DNA of 41,805 nt from a virus (IMGVR_UViG_3300011434_000011:1-41805), one strand, 5' to 3'; positions 14,916-23,298 are shown, numbered from the stretch's first letter. Notes: generated from the sequence alone by a model not told the origin. Translations and numbers: made by a program.

Positions 14916-15280
14916 TCATCGCTGCAGACGTTCTCGCGTTCGTGTTCGACGGCAAGGAGCTGATATGGCTGGACAAGGAGATCAAGCGCTGGCCAGCCGT
15001 GAGCGGGCCCCACGGGAAGGGGGAGCTGCCCACGGGCGGGTACACCATCCTGCCGGCCGTGCCGCTCTCTGGGATCCCGACGAACGATGCCTACCGGGAC
15101 AAGGCCGGGAATTGCTGGTTCGCTCCCATCCGCCCGCAGTTTAAGACGGAGCGGACGAGCCTCGGGATCCACCCGGACGGCAACGTGCCGGGGACCCTGG
15201 GGTGCATCGGGCTGACCCAAGACGACACGAAGGAAGTCATGGAACTTCTGCAGCTGCCGGGGGTGTTATTCGTCGTATGA
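14912..15280 (+). CDS. Tlde1/DUF2778-like L,D-transpeptidase-fold protein (candidate lysin)
   Basis: AVSG, LP.G.Y, RTSLGIHPDGNVPGTLGCIG (H...GC catalytic signature); GTGA overlap. Confidence 0.7.
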   Translation: MIIAADVLAFVFDGKELIWLDKEIKRWPAVSGPHGKGELPTGGYTILPAVPLSGIPTNDAYRDKAGNCWFAPIRPQFKTERTSLGIHPDGNVPGTLGCIGLTQDDTKEVMELLQLPGVLFVV

Positions 15281-15432
15281 CGGCCCATGAGATCTACATG
15301 CACGCCCGCTTGGCCGGCGCGAAGTGCTCCTGCCCAGCTTCGTTGGAGATCGCAGTGGCGTGGCCGGCGTTCACCGGGGGGAGTTACTTCTACGTGCGGC
15401 CCTTGGGGTTCACGGGGGAAGGGTTTGAATGA
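15277..15432 (+). CDS. micro-ORF family member (51 aa)
   Basis: MTAHEIYMHARLAGAKCSCPASLEIAVAWPAFTGGSYFYVRPLGFTGEGFE; ATGA overlaps. Confidence 0.6.
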   Translation: MTAHEIYMHARLAGAKCSCPASLEIAVAWPAFTGGSYFYVRPLGFTGEGFE

Positions 15433-15557
15433 GCACCACGATCTGCGCCGCGAACGCAATGCTTCCCGTTTACGTGCTCTTCGGCCTCCCGTCGAATTGG
15501 ATGATCATAGGGTGGCCAGAGTGGGGCGGCATGCTTCTGGAGCGCCATGGTGCCTAA
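15429..15557 (+). CDS. micro-ORF family member (42 aa)
   Basis: MSTTICAANAMLPVYVLFGLPSNWMIIGWPEWGGMLLERHGA; ATGA overlap. Confidence 0.55.
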   Translation: MSTTICAANAMLPVYVLFGLPSNWMIIGWPEWGGMLLERHGA

Positions 15558-15693
15558 AAACGATGCCACGTACCACGCGGGCTGGGCCTGCGTCTGGATT
15601 ACCCTTGGTTTCTGGGAGCCGGCCGCGGCTCGGCCGTACTTCGGCAGCGAGAACGGGATGGAGTTACTCCATTTCATGGATCCGGTGGAATGA
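15547..15693 (+). CDS. micro-ORF family member (48 aa)
   Basis: GGAG RBS; MVPKNDATYHAGWACVWITLGFWEPAAARPYFGSENGMELLHFMDPVE. Confidence 0.6.
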   Translation: MVPKNDATYHAGWACVWITLGFWEPAAARPYFGSENGMELLHFMDPVE

Positions 15694-15714
15694 TCCGCCC
15701 ACTCGGAAGGCTCG

Positions 15715-15948
15715 ATGGCTAACTCCCTTCGTTCCTGCATCCAGTGCGGAGCGAACACCTCGGAGCCCGTGTGCAGCCGGTGCACGAAGCCGTGGGGCGC
15801 GCTCGGGTACCGCCCCGAGCCGGCGCGGCTGGTCGGCGGGCGGAAGGCTAAGGAAGCGGCGCCTAAGGCGGGGCGCCGCAGGCGGGGGCGTCAGGAGCCG
15901 GAAGGGCGGCCGGCTCCGGCCCCTGCCAAGATGAAGGAGAAGCCATGA
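15715..15948 (+). CDS. zinc-finger protein with basic tail
   Basis: CIQC...CSRC; GGAAGG RBS; stop overlaps next ATG. Confidence 0.6.
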   Translation: MANSLRSCIQCGANTSEPVCSRCTKPWGALGYRPEPARLVGGRKAKEAAPKAGRRRRGRQEPEGRPAPAPAKMKEKP

Positions 15949-16481
15949 CCACCGACCCCGCGCGAGAGGCGGCGGAGAAGCGGTTACGCGACAAGTTCAA
16001 CCGCGAATATCGTAAGGCCAGCCCATTCAAGCTGGACCCCGCTGTGATTGCCGCCCGCATCGCCGCGGCCGAACACGACAGACCAGCCGGGGTACAAGTA
16101 GGTTCGGGGGTGTCCGGAATAGACGAAGCTGGCGAATCTATCGGCCAAGGCAGTGAACCCGCAACGCCAAGCGCGGATGCTACACCTCCGGCGCAAGCGG
16201 CCGAGCCCCCGAGCGATCTTCCGCCGTACCCGACCGCATCTCAGATGCGTGCTCGCGAGGAGCAGGTTAAGCAGGCCGTTCGCGAGGCCAAGCGCGAGGC
16301 GGTGGGGATTCTGCGCCTTGCGGCAACACGCTGGGGCACCGAGGAGCGATACATCGAGTGCTGGTGCAAGTGGAATCCCCTGGCCAAGCCGGAAGCGCAC
16401 ACACCCGTTTGCCAGAAGGTCACGCAGTACATCGCCGCCTTCGAGGCGGAGCAGGAGGCTAAGCGTGGGGAATCTGCGTAA
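15945..16481 (+). CDS. hypothetical protein
   Basis: AAGGAG RBS; low-complexity middle, CWC...H..C motif near the C-terminus. Confidence 0.65.
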   Translation: MTTDPAREAAEKRLRDKFNREYRKASPFKLDPAVIAARIAAAEHDRPAGVQVGSGVSGIDEAGESIGQGSEPATPSADATPPAQAAEPPSDLPPYPTASQMRAREEQVKQAVREAKREAVGILRLAATRWGTEERYIECWCKWNPLAKPEAHTPVCQKVTQYIAAFEAEQEAKRGESA

Positions 16482-16593
16482 GCTCCGCCGCGGGCTGTGG
16501 GGCGGGAAGCGGAGGACGCCGAAGCGCATCGTGAAACGGCGGCTGTTCCAGGCGCTGCTGGCGTTCATCAAGGAAAGGACGAAGAGTGCTTAA
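16465..16593 (+). CDS. highly basic peptide (42 aa)
   Basis: AGGAGG RBS, GTG; MGNLRKLRRGLWGGKRRTPKRIVKRRLFQALLAFIKERTKSA. Confidence 0.55.
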   Translation: MGNLRKLRRGLWGGKRRTPKRIVKRRLFQALLAFIKERTKSA

Positions 16594-17158
16594 GGACTAC
16601 GGCTTGCTGACCGCCGCCGACGCGGCCCTCCTGGCGACGCAGCTTTCGGATGTCTCCCGCCGGTTCCCGACGGGGACCCTGAACATCCTCGAGATCGGCA
16701 TCCACGAGGGCAAGACGGCGCGGGCCATTGCGCGCCACCTCGAGGGCCTCGAGCGCAGCTTCCAATTCTTTGGCGTCGACAACGGCAAGGACATGGACAT
16801 CCAGGCCCCGTTCGTCGGCGCGGTGCTGATCAACGGCGACAGCGCCGACGTCTACAACGCCGTGCCAAACACCCTGCACCTCGCGTTCATCGACGGATGT
16901 CACTGCATCAACCACGTCGCCTTGGACTACCTGCACTACGGCCGGAAGGTCGTGCAGGGCGGCATCCTCGTGTTCCACGACACGGGCGCCCTGATGCAGG
17001 GCAAGGACTACCAGCACGGGCCGGACATGCCGGACTTCTACGCGGCAACGCGCCGGGCCTTGGACCTCGTAGGCATCGCCGGGGACAAGCGGTGGCGCAT
17101 GGTCGCTGAGAGCGACGCGGAGGATTGGGGAGGATGCCGTGCGTATGAGCGCGTTTAG
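16586..17158 (+). CDS. class I SAM-dependent methyltransferase (Methyltransf_24-like)
   Basis: ILEIGIHEGKT, GVD, GDS, AFIDGCH, GGILVFHD. Confidence 0.85.
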   Translation: MLKDYGLLTAADAALLATQLSDVSRRFPTGTLNILEIGIHEGKTARAIARHLEGLERSFQFFGVDNGKDMDIQAPFVGAVLINGDSADVYNAVPNTLHLAFIDGCHCINHVALDYLHYGRKVVQGGILVFHDTGALMQGKDYQHGPDMPDFYAATRRALDLVGIAGDKRWRMVAESDAEDWGGCRAYERV

Positions 17159-17297
17159 GCGGGCTGTTGAGGCCTTGGCCGAGCAGGAGTTTGGACACTT
17201 TCGGTACCACGCTGGGAGTCCCGACAGGTACGACTCCGTCCCGTGGCCTACGCGCAAGCACGATCTGATGACGACAAGCGAAAGCCCCCCGGAGTAA
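17145..17297 (+). CDS. probable micro-ORF family member (50 aa), last gene of the + arm
   Basis: GGAGG RBS; MSAFRRAVEALAEQEFGHFRYHAGSPDRYDSVPWPTRKHDLMTTSESPPE; stop lies in the terminator loop. Confidence 0.5.
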   Translation: MSAFRRAVEALAEQEFGHFRYHAGSPDRYDSVPWPTRKHDLMTTSESPPE

Positions 17298-17309
17298 CCC
17301 GGGGGGCTT
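17282..17309. terminator. hairpin at the convergence of the two transcription arms
   Basis: Perfect 11-bp stem AAGCCCCCCGG-AGTAAC-CCGGGGGGCTT; short U tracts only. Confidence 0.7.
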
Positions 17310-17325
17310 CGTCGTTGCGCAGCGC

Positions 17326-17637
17326 CTACTTGCTGACGACCGGCACCGGCTTGATCTTGCTGAGCGCGGCTTCCGCCACGCGCCGCACAATCGGCTCGCT
17401 CACGCGGGCCGACGGGGGCAGGCTCTCGCTGATCCGGCGCACGAGGACGCCGACGAGGTGTGCCCACTCCGCCTCCGGCCGTTCCCGGACGAGCTGCGCC
17501 GCAGCGGCTTCCGCGACGATGCGGATGGTTTCGGCGCGCTCGCGGTCCCGCTGGGTCCGCAGTACCTGCGACTGCAGCCACGGGATGAGGATGATGTCCA
17601 CGAGTGGACCGATGAGTCTCTTGAGGATGCTTCCCAT
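17326..17637 (-). CDS. putative holin-like lysis protein
   Basis: AAGGAG RBS; N-terminal hydrophobic helix then soluble helical domain; last late gene. Confidence 0.5.
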   Translation of the reverse strand: MGSILKRLIGPLVDIILIPWLQSQVLRTQRDRERAETIRIVAEAAAAQLVRERPEAEWAHLVGVLVRRISESLPPSARVSEPIVRRVAEAALSKIKPVPVVSK

Positions 17638-17849
17638 TATTTCTCCTTGAGGTTGTTCTCGATGCGGGCGACGGCGTCGCGGATCCACTCGACGTCGGCC
17701 TCGAGCCGCGTGAGCCGCTTCTCGACCTCGATCCGCGAGGACGCCCATCCGGTGAGCGCGCTCACTACTAGTGATATTACCACGGGCCAGAGCAGGCGAT
17801 CAAGCCAGCTCCGCGGGGTCTTCGGTATTGGCAAGCGCGGTAGGTTCAT
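17637..17849 (-). CDS. small TM + coiled-coil protein (holin/lysis-associated)
   Basis: LLWPVVISLVVSALTGW helix followed by RLTRLEADVEWIRDAVARIE. Confidence 0.55.
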   Translation of the reverse strand: MNLPRLPIPKTPRSWLDRLLWPVVISLVVSALTGWASSRIEVEKRLTRLEADVEWIRDAVARIENNLKEK

Positions 17850-20800
17850 TGTGTTAGGGGGTTGTCCGGCTCCGGGGGGGCGTTCGGGACGAGCATCGTG
17901 TGGTACTTGCCCGCCCTCTGCGCCTCGAGCTCCGCGGCGCGCACGTTGTTGTAGAGCGCCTTCTTCTGCGCCTCGTCAAGCGCGAACTCCTCGACGCCGA
18001 AGCCCGTCAGGAACTGGACCATCGCGGCCTTCTTGTTGGCGGTGTCGAAGCGCTGGGCGGACGAGAGCAGCCGCGACAGCGGCGTGGCCTTGACGAGCAG
18101 GTAGAACTTGGTGCCGTTCACCGTGCCGGTATCGGGGTTGAACTCCAGCCAGGCCTGGATCGGCTGCGGCATTTTGGTCGCGACGTCGAGGGCGATGTTC
18201 TGCAGCCGGAACGGCTCGCGGATGTCCTTCCCCGTGTAGAGCTCCCGCTTCGTGCCGTACTCGAGGATGGTCTTGATCGTCGGCGCCAGGCCAGCGAGGT
18301 TCGTGAGGATGGCGTCCCGCCCCTCGGTTCCCAGCGCCGTCTCGATCGAGCTCGAGACCGGCAGGTCCAGCCCGCGGACGTAGACCGTCTTGCCGTCGCT
18401 CTCCAGCTTGAGTTTGAAGTCCCCGCGCAGGTACTGCGGCAGGGCGTCGGCCTCCGGGCCCGTGTCGGCGTCCCCCAACCGGAGCATTGCGGAGATGCGG
18501 CCGGGGTTGCGCACGAGGGTATCGGCGACCTTGCGGATGTTCTTCGAGGCCCAGGCGTACTGAATGGGCCAGAGCCGCCGGAGCCACTGCCGCTCGAACT
18601 TCGTGAGCTTCGTGTAGTCGAACACGGTGCTGTGGATGCGCTCTGCGGCGGCGGCGGGCGTCAGCCCGCGCTCGAGGTACGTCACGAACATCTGCATCTT
18701 CGATAGGTCCTGGAGCTCCTCCGTCCGGTAGATTTTGCGGAAGAAGCTCGAGACGGCGTTGGTCGTGATGCGGCTCCACGGCCGGCCGCGTGCGCTGACG
18801 AAATCGTGGATGCTGCCGGCCGGCGTCTCGAGGCCCAGGTTCTTGAAGAGGTCCCGGGCCTCCTCGAAGGTGTAGCGCCCCAGCGGGGTCTGCAGCGTGC
18901 CGTCGCGCCCCGCGGCGATGCCGAGGGCTGTTAGGTTGCGGCGCGGGTTGGCTGCGGCGAGACCGAGGTCCAGCATGACTTCGGCCTGGTCGCTGACCAC
19001 GTTCCGGGCGGTGAACGCGGGGAAGGGAACGGTCACGCCGAACTTGAAGACGTCGTCGATCGCGTCCTTCAGGCGCATGAGGCCCTTGACCTCCGTGAGC
19101 TCCGTCAGCCGGCTGCCCTCGCGCGCGACTTCGTCGGCGGCGGCCTGCGGCATGAAGTACCCGGTGAAGGGGCCCTCCGCCACGCGTTTGTAGGGCTCGC
19201 CGAAGGCGCTCAGGTAGCGCCGGTACCCAGAGGCGTGCGTCTCGCGGATAGCGTTCAGCGCGTCGGGCGACACCTCGCCGACCTCAGTCTCAGCCTTCTT
19301 CAAGAACTTGAGGAGCTCGTTCATGCTCCGCGACGCGCCGATCCGGGCTTGGTAGTACGCGGCCTTGGCGGTCGGAGACATGCGCTTGACGACGCCAGCG
19401 GCGGCGGGCTTGCCGGCCCAAGCGCGGCCGATCGCAGTGCCCACCTCGGGCATGGTGGCGTAGCGGCGGGCTCCGGTGGTGCGGCCCGTGGCGACCTGGC
19501 CGGCCTCGCGCGCGACGCCTTCGCCCAGCCCGGTGACCTCCTCGTCCATCATCTGGACGACCTCAGGCTTCATCCGGCGGAACACCTCGTCGGCGACCTC
19601 CGCCTTGCCCAAGCCGTAGCTCGTGACCATGCGGCGCTCGAAGCGCGCCGCCGCCCGGGCCTCCGCGTGCGTGGCCCCGCGGTTGGCGAGGACGGTGCGG
19701 ATGTCCAAGTTCGGCCGCAGGTCCCACTTGATCGTGCCCTCGGTCTTCAGCTTCCGGGCGAACTCCATGGCGTCGGTCAGCGTGGGGAACACACGCGCCT
19801 CGCCGTAGGGCCCGGTGTTAAACGACGGGTCGAACGCGACTCCGGCGATGTTGGTCCACCTTGTGCTGAGGTCCCGCATCTCCTCCGGGGGGTTGCGGAA
19901 GTGGTGCGGCGCGTAGTTCTCGCGCCAGGCCTCCGCTGGGATAGCGTTGTCATCGACCTCCGCGGCGAACCACTCCGGCATGAGCCGCCGGAGCCGGCCA
20001 ACGCCCTCTTGGGCCTTCGGGGACAGGTTCTCGAGGGGGAAGCGGGCGGGGTCGTCCATGTGGAGCAGCGCGTACTCGCCCATGGTGCGCACGGGCTGGC
20101 CGTAGAAGTTGATGGGCTTCGGCAGCTTCTCGCGGGTCCAGCGCCCGAGGGCCGGCTGGAGCTCCTTGCCCACGCGCGCCGCGAGCACGCGGCGGTCGGT
20201 ACGCAGGGCGGACTTGGCCTCCTCCATGCCGGGCATGCGCCGGCCGGCGAAGAGGGTCTCGTTGAACGCGCGGTCGATGAGAGCCGGGGGGCCCTGGCGC
20301 ATGGCCTTGGCACCCCAGTTGGTGTTGAGCGCGGCGGTCAGGGGGGCGGCCTTCGTGATGGGGATCCCGGCGAGTCGCATGGTCGAGGTGTCGACCAAGT
20401 GCGTCGCGCCCTGCTCGACGCGCTGGTGGATCTTGGCGATAGCGGCCTCGCGGGCGATCTCGCGGGCCATCATGTCGACCTCGCCCTTGCGGGCGGCGCT
20501 CGTGCCAGGCATGCGCTCGGCTAGCCACGAGGCGTAGCGGGCGGCCTCCGGGAGCTCCTCCTCGACAGCACGCGCCGCCGCCTTCTTGCCGGCGCGAGTC
20601 AGCGCGGGCAGCGTTGCGACGGCACGGCCGCCCTCGCGCACGAGCCCGGAGGCGGGCTTCATGCCGAGGGAGGCGTAGGTCAGCGGGTCGCCGACGGCTT
20701 CGGTGACGACGCCAGCTACGTCCCGGCCGGCGAAGTCGGCCACGCCGCCCTTCTTCGCGCGCCAGCCCTCGCCGGTCTCGTTGTACATGAACGGGAACAG

Positions 20801-21292
20801 CGTGGACAAGTGGCCCAACGCGGGCACGCCCTCGGACTCGAGAAACTCCCCCCCGCGGATGTTCAGCTGCTGGTCGGCCCACTCCGGGAACATTCGACGG
20901 TTGAGGCCGGTGGAGCCTGCGAGCTCGGCGCGCCCCGCGCGGAACGCGCGCTCGAGCGCCCCGGGCGTGCCGGGCATGATCTCTGGGTGGCGGGCCGCGT
21001 AGATCGCGCTGAGGATAGCCTCAGGCATCGTGCTCGAGGCCTCGATGGCAGCGCTGAGCGGGTTGAGCTCCATGGCCGCTTGCAGCGGGTGGCCGAGGGC
21101 TTCCTCGACGCTCGCGATGCGGCGCATGAGGCCCTTGTCCTCGGTGCCCATCGTGAGGGGGTTCGACGCGGGAACCTGCGTGCCGGCGTCCACCAACGGA
21201 TTGAACCCGCTGACCGGTGCGGGCTCCGGGGAGGCCGCGTCGAGCAGCGGGTTGTAGGTGGTGTCGGTGAGGGGGTTATTCGGCCGCGGCAT
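17846..21292 (-). CDS. large internal virion / DNA ejection protein (1148 aa)
   Basis: Size and position after the small ejection genes; FDY..LT.FE..WLRR.WP..Y.W..KN motif typical of large podoviral core proteins; start 21292 inferred. Confidence 0.7.
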   Translation of the reverse strand: MPRPNNPLTDTTYNPLLDAASPEPAPVSGFNPLVDAGTQVPASNPLTMGTEDKGLMRRIASVEEALGHPLQAAMELNPLSAAIEASSTMPEAILSAIYAARHPEIMPGTPGALERAFRAGRAELAGSTGLNRRMFPEWADQQLNIRGGEFLESEGVPALGHLSTLFPFMYNETGEGWRAKKGGVADFAGRDVAGVVTEAVGDPLTYASLGMKPASGLVREGGRAVATLPALTRAGKKAAARAVEEELPEAARYASWLAERMPGTSAARKGEVDMMAREIAREAAIAKIHQRVEQGATHLVDTSTMRLAGIPITKAAPLTAALNTNWGAKAMRQGPPALIDRAFNETLFAGRRMPGMEEAKSALRTDRRVLAARVGKELQPALGRWTREKLPKPINFYGQPVRTMGEYALLHMDDPARFPLENLSPKAQEGVGRLRRLMPEWFAAEVDDNAIPAEAWRENYAPHHFRNPPEEMRDLSTRWTNIAGVAFDPSFNTGPYGEARVFPTLTDAMEFARKLKTEGTIKWDLRPNLDIRTVLANRGATHAEARAAARFERRMVTSYGLGKAEVADEVFRRMKPEVVQMMDEEVTGLGEGVAREAGQVATGRTTGARRYATMPEVGTAIGRAWAGKPAAAGVVKRMSPTAKAAYYQARIGASRSMNELLKFLKKAETEVGEVSPDALNAIRETHASGYRRYLSAFGEPYKRVAEGPFTGYFMPQAAADEVAREGSRLTELTEVKGLMRLKDAIDDVFKFGVTVPFPAFTARNVVSDQAEVMLDLGLAAANPRRNLTALGIAAGRDGTLQTPLGRYTFEEARDLFKNLGLETPAGSIHDFVSARGRPWSRITTNAVSSFFRKIYRTEELQDLSKMQMFVTYLERGLTPAAAAERIHSTVFDYTKLTKFERQWLRRLWPIQYAWASKNIRKVADTLVRNPGRISAMLRLGDADTGPEADALPQYLRGDFKLKLESDGKTVYVRGLDLPVSSSIETALGTEGRDAILTNLAGLAPTIKTILEYGTKRELYTGKDIREPFRLQNIALDVATKMPQPIQAWLEFNPDTGTVNGTKFYLLVKATPLSRLLSSAQRFDTANKKAAMVQFLTGFGVEEFALDEAQKKALYNNVRAAELEAQRAGKYHTMLVPNAPPEPDNPLTQ

Positions 21293-22379
21293 CCCAGGAG
21301 TCCAAGATCTCCTCGAGGACCGCGAGGGAGGCGCGCGCGTCGGCCTCGGACTCGGTGGGGTCGAGCCCGGCCTTTTCGAGGGCGTCGGGGATGTTGTCGT
21401 GCAGCATGGCGCGGATAGCTGCGGCGCCCGCAATTTCCTGGCCGTTCCCCAGGGTGACGATTGGCTCGGGGTCGCCGGCCTTGCGCTTCTTGAGTAGCTG
21501 GGTGCGCCACCGCGTCAGGTTCGACTCGATCGCGGTGATGGTCTTGTCCGCGCCCTTTCGCTGCTTGTCCGGCAGGGCGGCGGCGCGGGAACGCAGGCGC
21601 TTGAGGGCGTCGGCCTGCGGGGCGACGGAGGGGCTCGTGCCGGCGGCCTTCTTGGCGGCCTTCTCGGCCTCGGAGGCCGCGGCCTTGCTGCGCTGGGCCT
21701 CCTCTTCGGCGCCCACGCGCTTGAGGCGCTGCTCGTCGGTCGCCAGCTCCGCCTGCTTGCGGGCCAGGCGCTCGCGCTCAAGCGCGAGGTCCGCAGCTGC
21801 AGCGTCCGTCCTGCGCGTAGCAGTATCGTCGGCTTTGGTCTCGCGCGCGCCGGCTTCAGCCCTGCGGGCCTCGGCGCTCGCCACGTTTCCGAGGAGGTCG
21901 ATGTCTTGGCCGCGCACGGCGATGTCCTGCCCGCGCGCAGCGATGTTCTGCCCGCGGCCTTCCCGCCCGGCCTGCGCGTTGCGCGCGCGTACGTCGTTCA
22001 CGTTCTTGCGGATGGAGAGGATGCCCTCAGCGAATAGCCGCGGGTCCTTCGCGAGTGCGGCAGCCCCGCCGACGAGGAGCATCTGCAGCACCTGGTCGAG
22101 GGTGCCCGGCTCTTGCTCCATGGGCGCGGCCTCCGGGACGGGGGCGACCGGCGGGAGGCTCGCGTCGAGGCCAGGCAGCGAGAACGCGGACTGCGGAGCC
22201 ATCGCGGGCATCCCGCCCTGCTGGAAGCCAGCGAGGTCGGCCAGGCCGATGAATGGCGGCGCGCCCATGGGCGCTGGCGGCGCGACATTCATGCCGGACA
22301 GCGTGCCGGCGAGGCTCGCGCCTCCTGCGGGCAGCGTGCCTTCGACACGACGGAGCTCAGACGGTGGAATGAACGCCAT
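21276..22379 (-). CDS. internal virion (ejection) protein
   Basis: Ala/Gly/Pro-rich N-terminus, RGQDI repeats, coiled coil. Confidence 0.65.
   Translation of the reverse strand: MAFIPPSELRRVEGTLPAGGASLAGTLSGMNVAPPAPMGAPPFIGLADLAGFQQGGMPAMAPQSAFSLPGLDASLPPVAPVPEAAPMEQEPGTLDQVLQMLLVGGAAALAKDPRLFAEGILSIRKNVNDVRARNAQAGREGRGQNIAARGQDIAVRGQDIDLLGNVASAEARRAEAGARETKADDTATRRTDAAAADLALERERLARKQAELATDEQRLKRVGAEEEAQRSKAAASEAEKAAKKAAGTSPSVAPQADALKRLRSRAAALPDKQRKGADKTITAIESNLTRWRTQLLKKRKAGDPEPIVTLGNGQEIAGAAAIRAMLHDNIPDALEKAGLDPTESEADARASLAVLEEILDSWDAAAE
21900..21956 (-). repeat. three 21-nt-period repeats encoding RGQNI/RGQDI
   Basis: RGQNIAARGQDIAVRGQDI. Confidence 0.8.
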
Positions 22380-22380
22380 G

Positions 22381-22749
22381 CTAGACCCCTGGCGGCTGGA
22401 TAGGCGGCGTTTGCTGCGGGAGACTGGCCATCATACGTTGGAGCGCGGCGAGCATGTGCGGGAGGTTCGGGTCGCCGACGGCTTGGGCCTGCATCGGCTG
22501 CGCGGCGTTGGCCTGCAGCTGGTTAGCGGTCGCGCCGAGCTGGGCCTTCTTTTGCGCGCCCTGGTCGAGTGCCCCCTTCGCAGCGGTCGCACCGAGGTTC
22601 GCCATGTTGCCGAGGCTAAACAGGCCCTTGAGGCCCAGGCCCTCTGCAGGAGCGGCAGCAGCCTCAGCCCCGGCCGCTCCCTGCTTCTTGAAGAGCCCAG
22701 GGAGCTGCGTCGCGACGGAAGCGAGGAGCGGAATGAGCGCAGCGAACAT
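22381..22749 (-). CDS. small internal virion (ejection) protein
   Basis: Amphipathic N-terminus, A/G/Q-rich; tightly packed with neighbours. Confidence 0.6.
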   Translation of the reverse strand: MFAALIPLLASVATQLPGLFKKQGAAGAEAAAAPAEGLGLKGLFSLGNMANLGATAAKGALDQGAQKKAQLGATANQLQANAAQPMQAQAVGDPNLPHMLAALQRMMASLPQQTPPIQPPGV

Positions 22750-22755
22750 GGCGAC

Positions 22756-23262
22756 CTACGTCTGGTAGAAGAGGGACGAGATGCCGGGCAGGGCCTGAAG
22801 GCGCTGGCCCAGGTTCTGGAGAGCGGCCTGCATGGCCTGGCCAAAGAGGTCGCCGCGGGCTTGGGCCGTCGCGGTTGCCGGCAGTTGCGAGGCAAGGCCG
22901 GCAGTTGCTGCACCCACCCCGGAGCCGCTGAGCCCGGTGCGCCCGAGGTTCGAGGCGATCGCGGTCTGGGCGTTCGACGCCGTGCCCTGGACGTTTCGCA
23001 AGAGCGACGCGAAGGCCGGGCTCGAGGACAGCAGCTGGAACATTTGCTGGACCTGGCCGGCCAGGGCCTCGGGCCCGTAGGCCTCGCTCAGGCCGCCGTG
23101 GGCCCGGCCAACGTTCCCCCGGAACTGATCGGCGTCGGTACGGGGGTTGATTGGCGTCGGGCTGCCGCCGGCAATGGTGCCCATAGAGGGAGGCGCCGGC
23201 CGACGGCCGGGCAGCTGGGGCTGGAAGGGGTTCTGCGGGGGAGGCGGAGCGGGGTACGGCAT
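22756..23262 (-). CDS. small internal virion (ejection) protein
   Basis: G/A/Q-rich, LGRTGLSGSGV motif typical of pilot proteins. Confidence 0.6.
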   Translation of the reverse strand: MPYPAPPPPQNPFQPQLPGRRPAPPSMGTIAGGSPTPINPRTDADQFRGNVGRAHGGLSEAYGPEALAGQVQQMFQLLSSSPAFASLLRNVQGTASNAQTAIASNLGRTGLSGSGVGAATAGLASQLPATATAQARGDLFGQAMQAALQNLGQRLQALPGISSLFYQT

Positions 23263-23268
23263 AGTCTC

Positions 23269-23298
23269 ATTCTACCATGGTTGGGGCATTTGACGCAA
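23269..23298 (-). promoter_or_regulatory. putative sigma-70 promoter (extended -10), leaderless start at 23262
   Basis: TTGCGT-18 nt-TAGAAT with TG before the -10; ATG 6 nt downstream; no SD. Confidence 0.55.

Noticed and set aside
1189-17297. DGR, integron cassette array or CRISPR mini-array as the source of the micro-ORFs
   Set aside because: No reverse transcriptase, integrase, template/variable repeat pair, attC-like sites or regularly spaced direct repeats were seen by eye. A self-dotplot would confirm.
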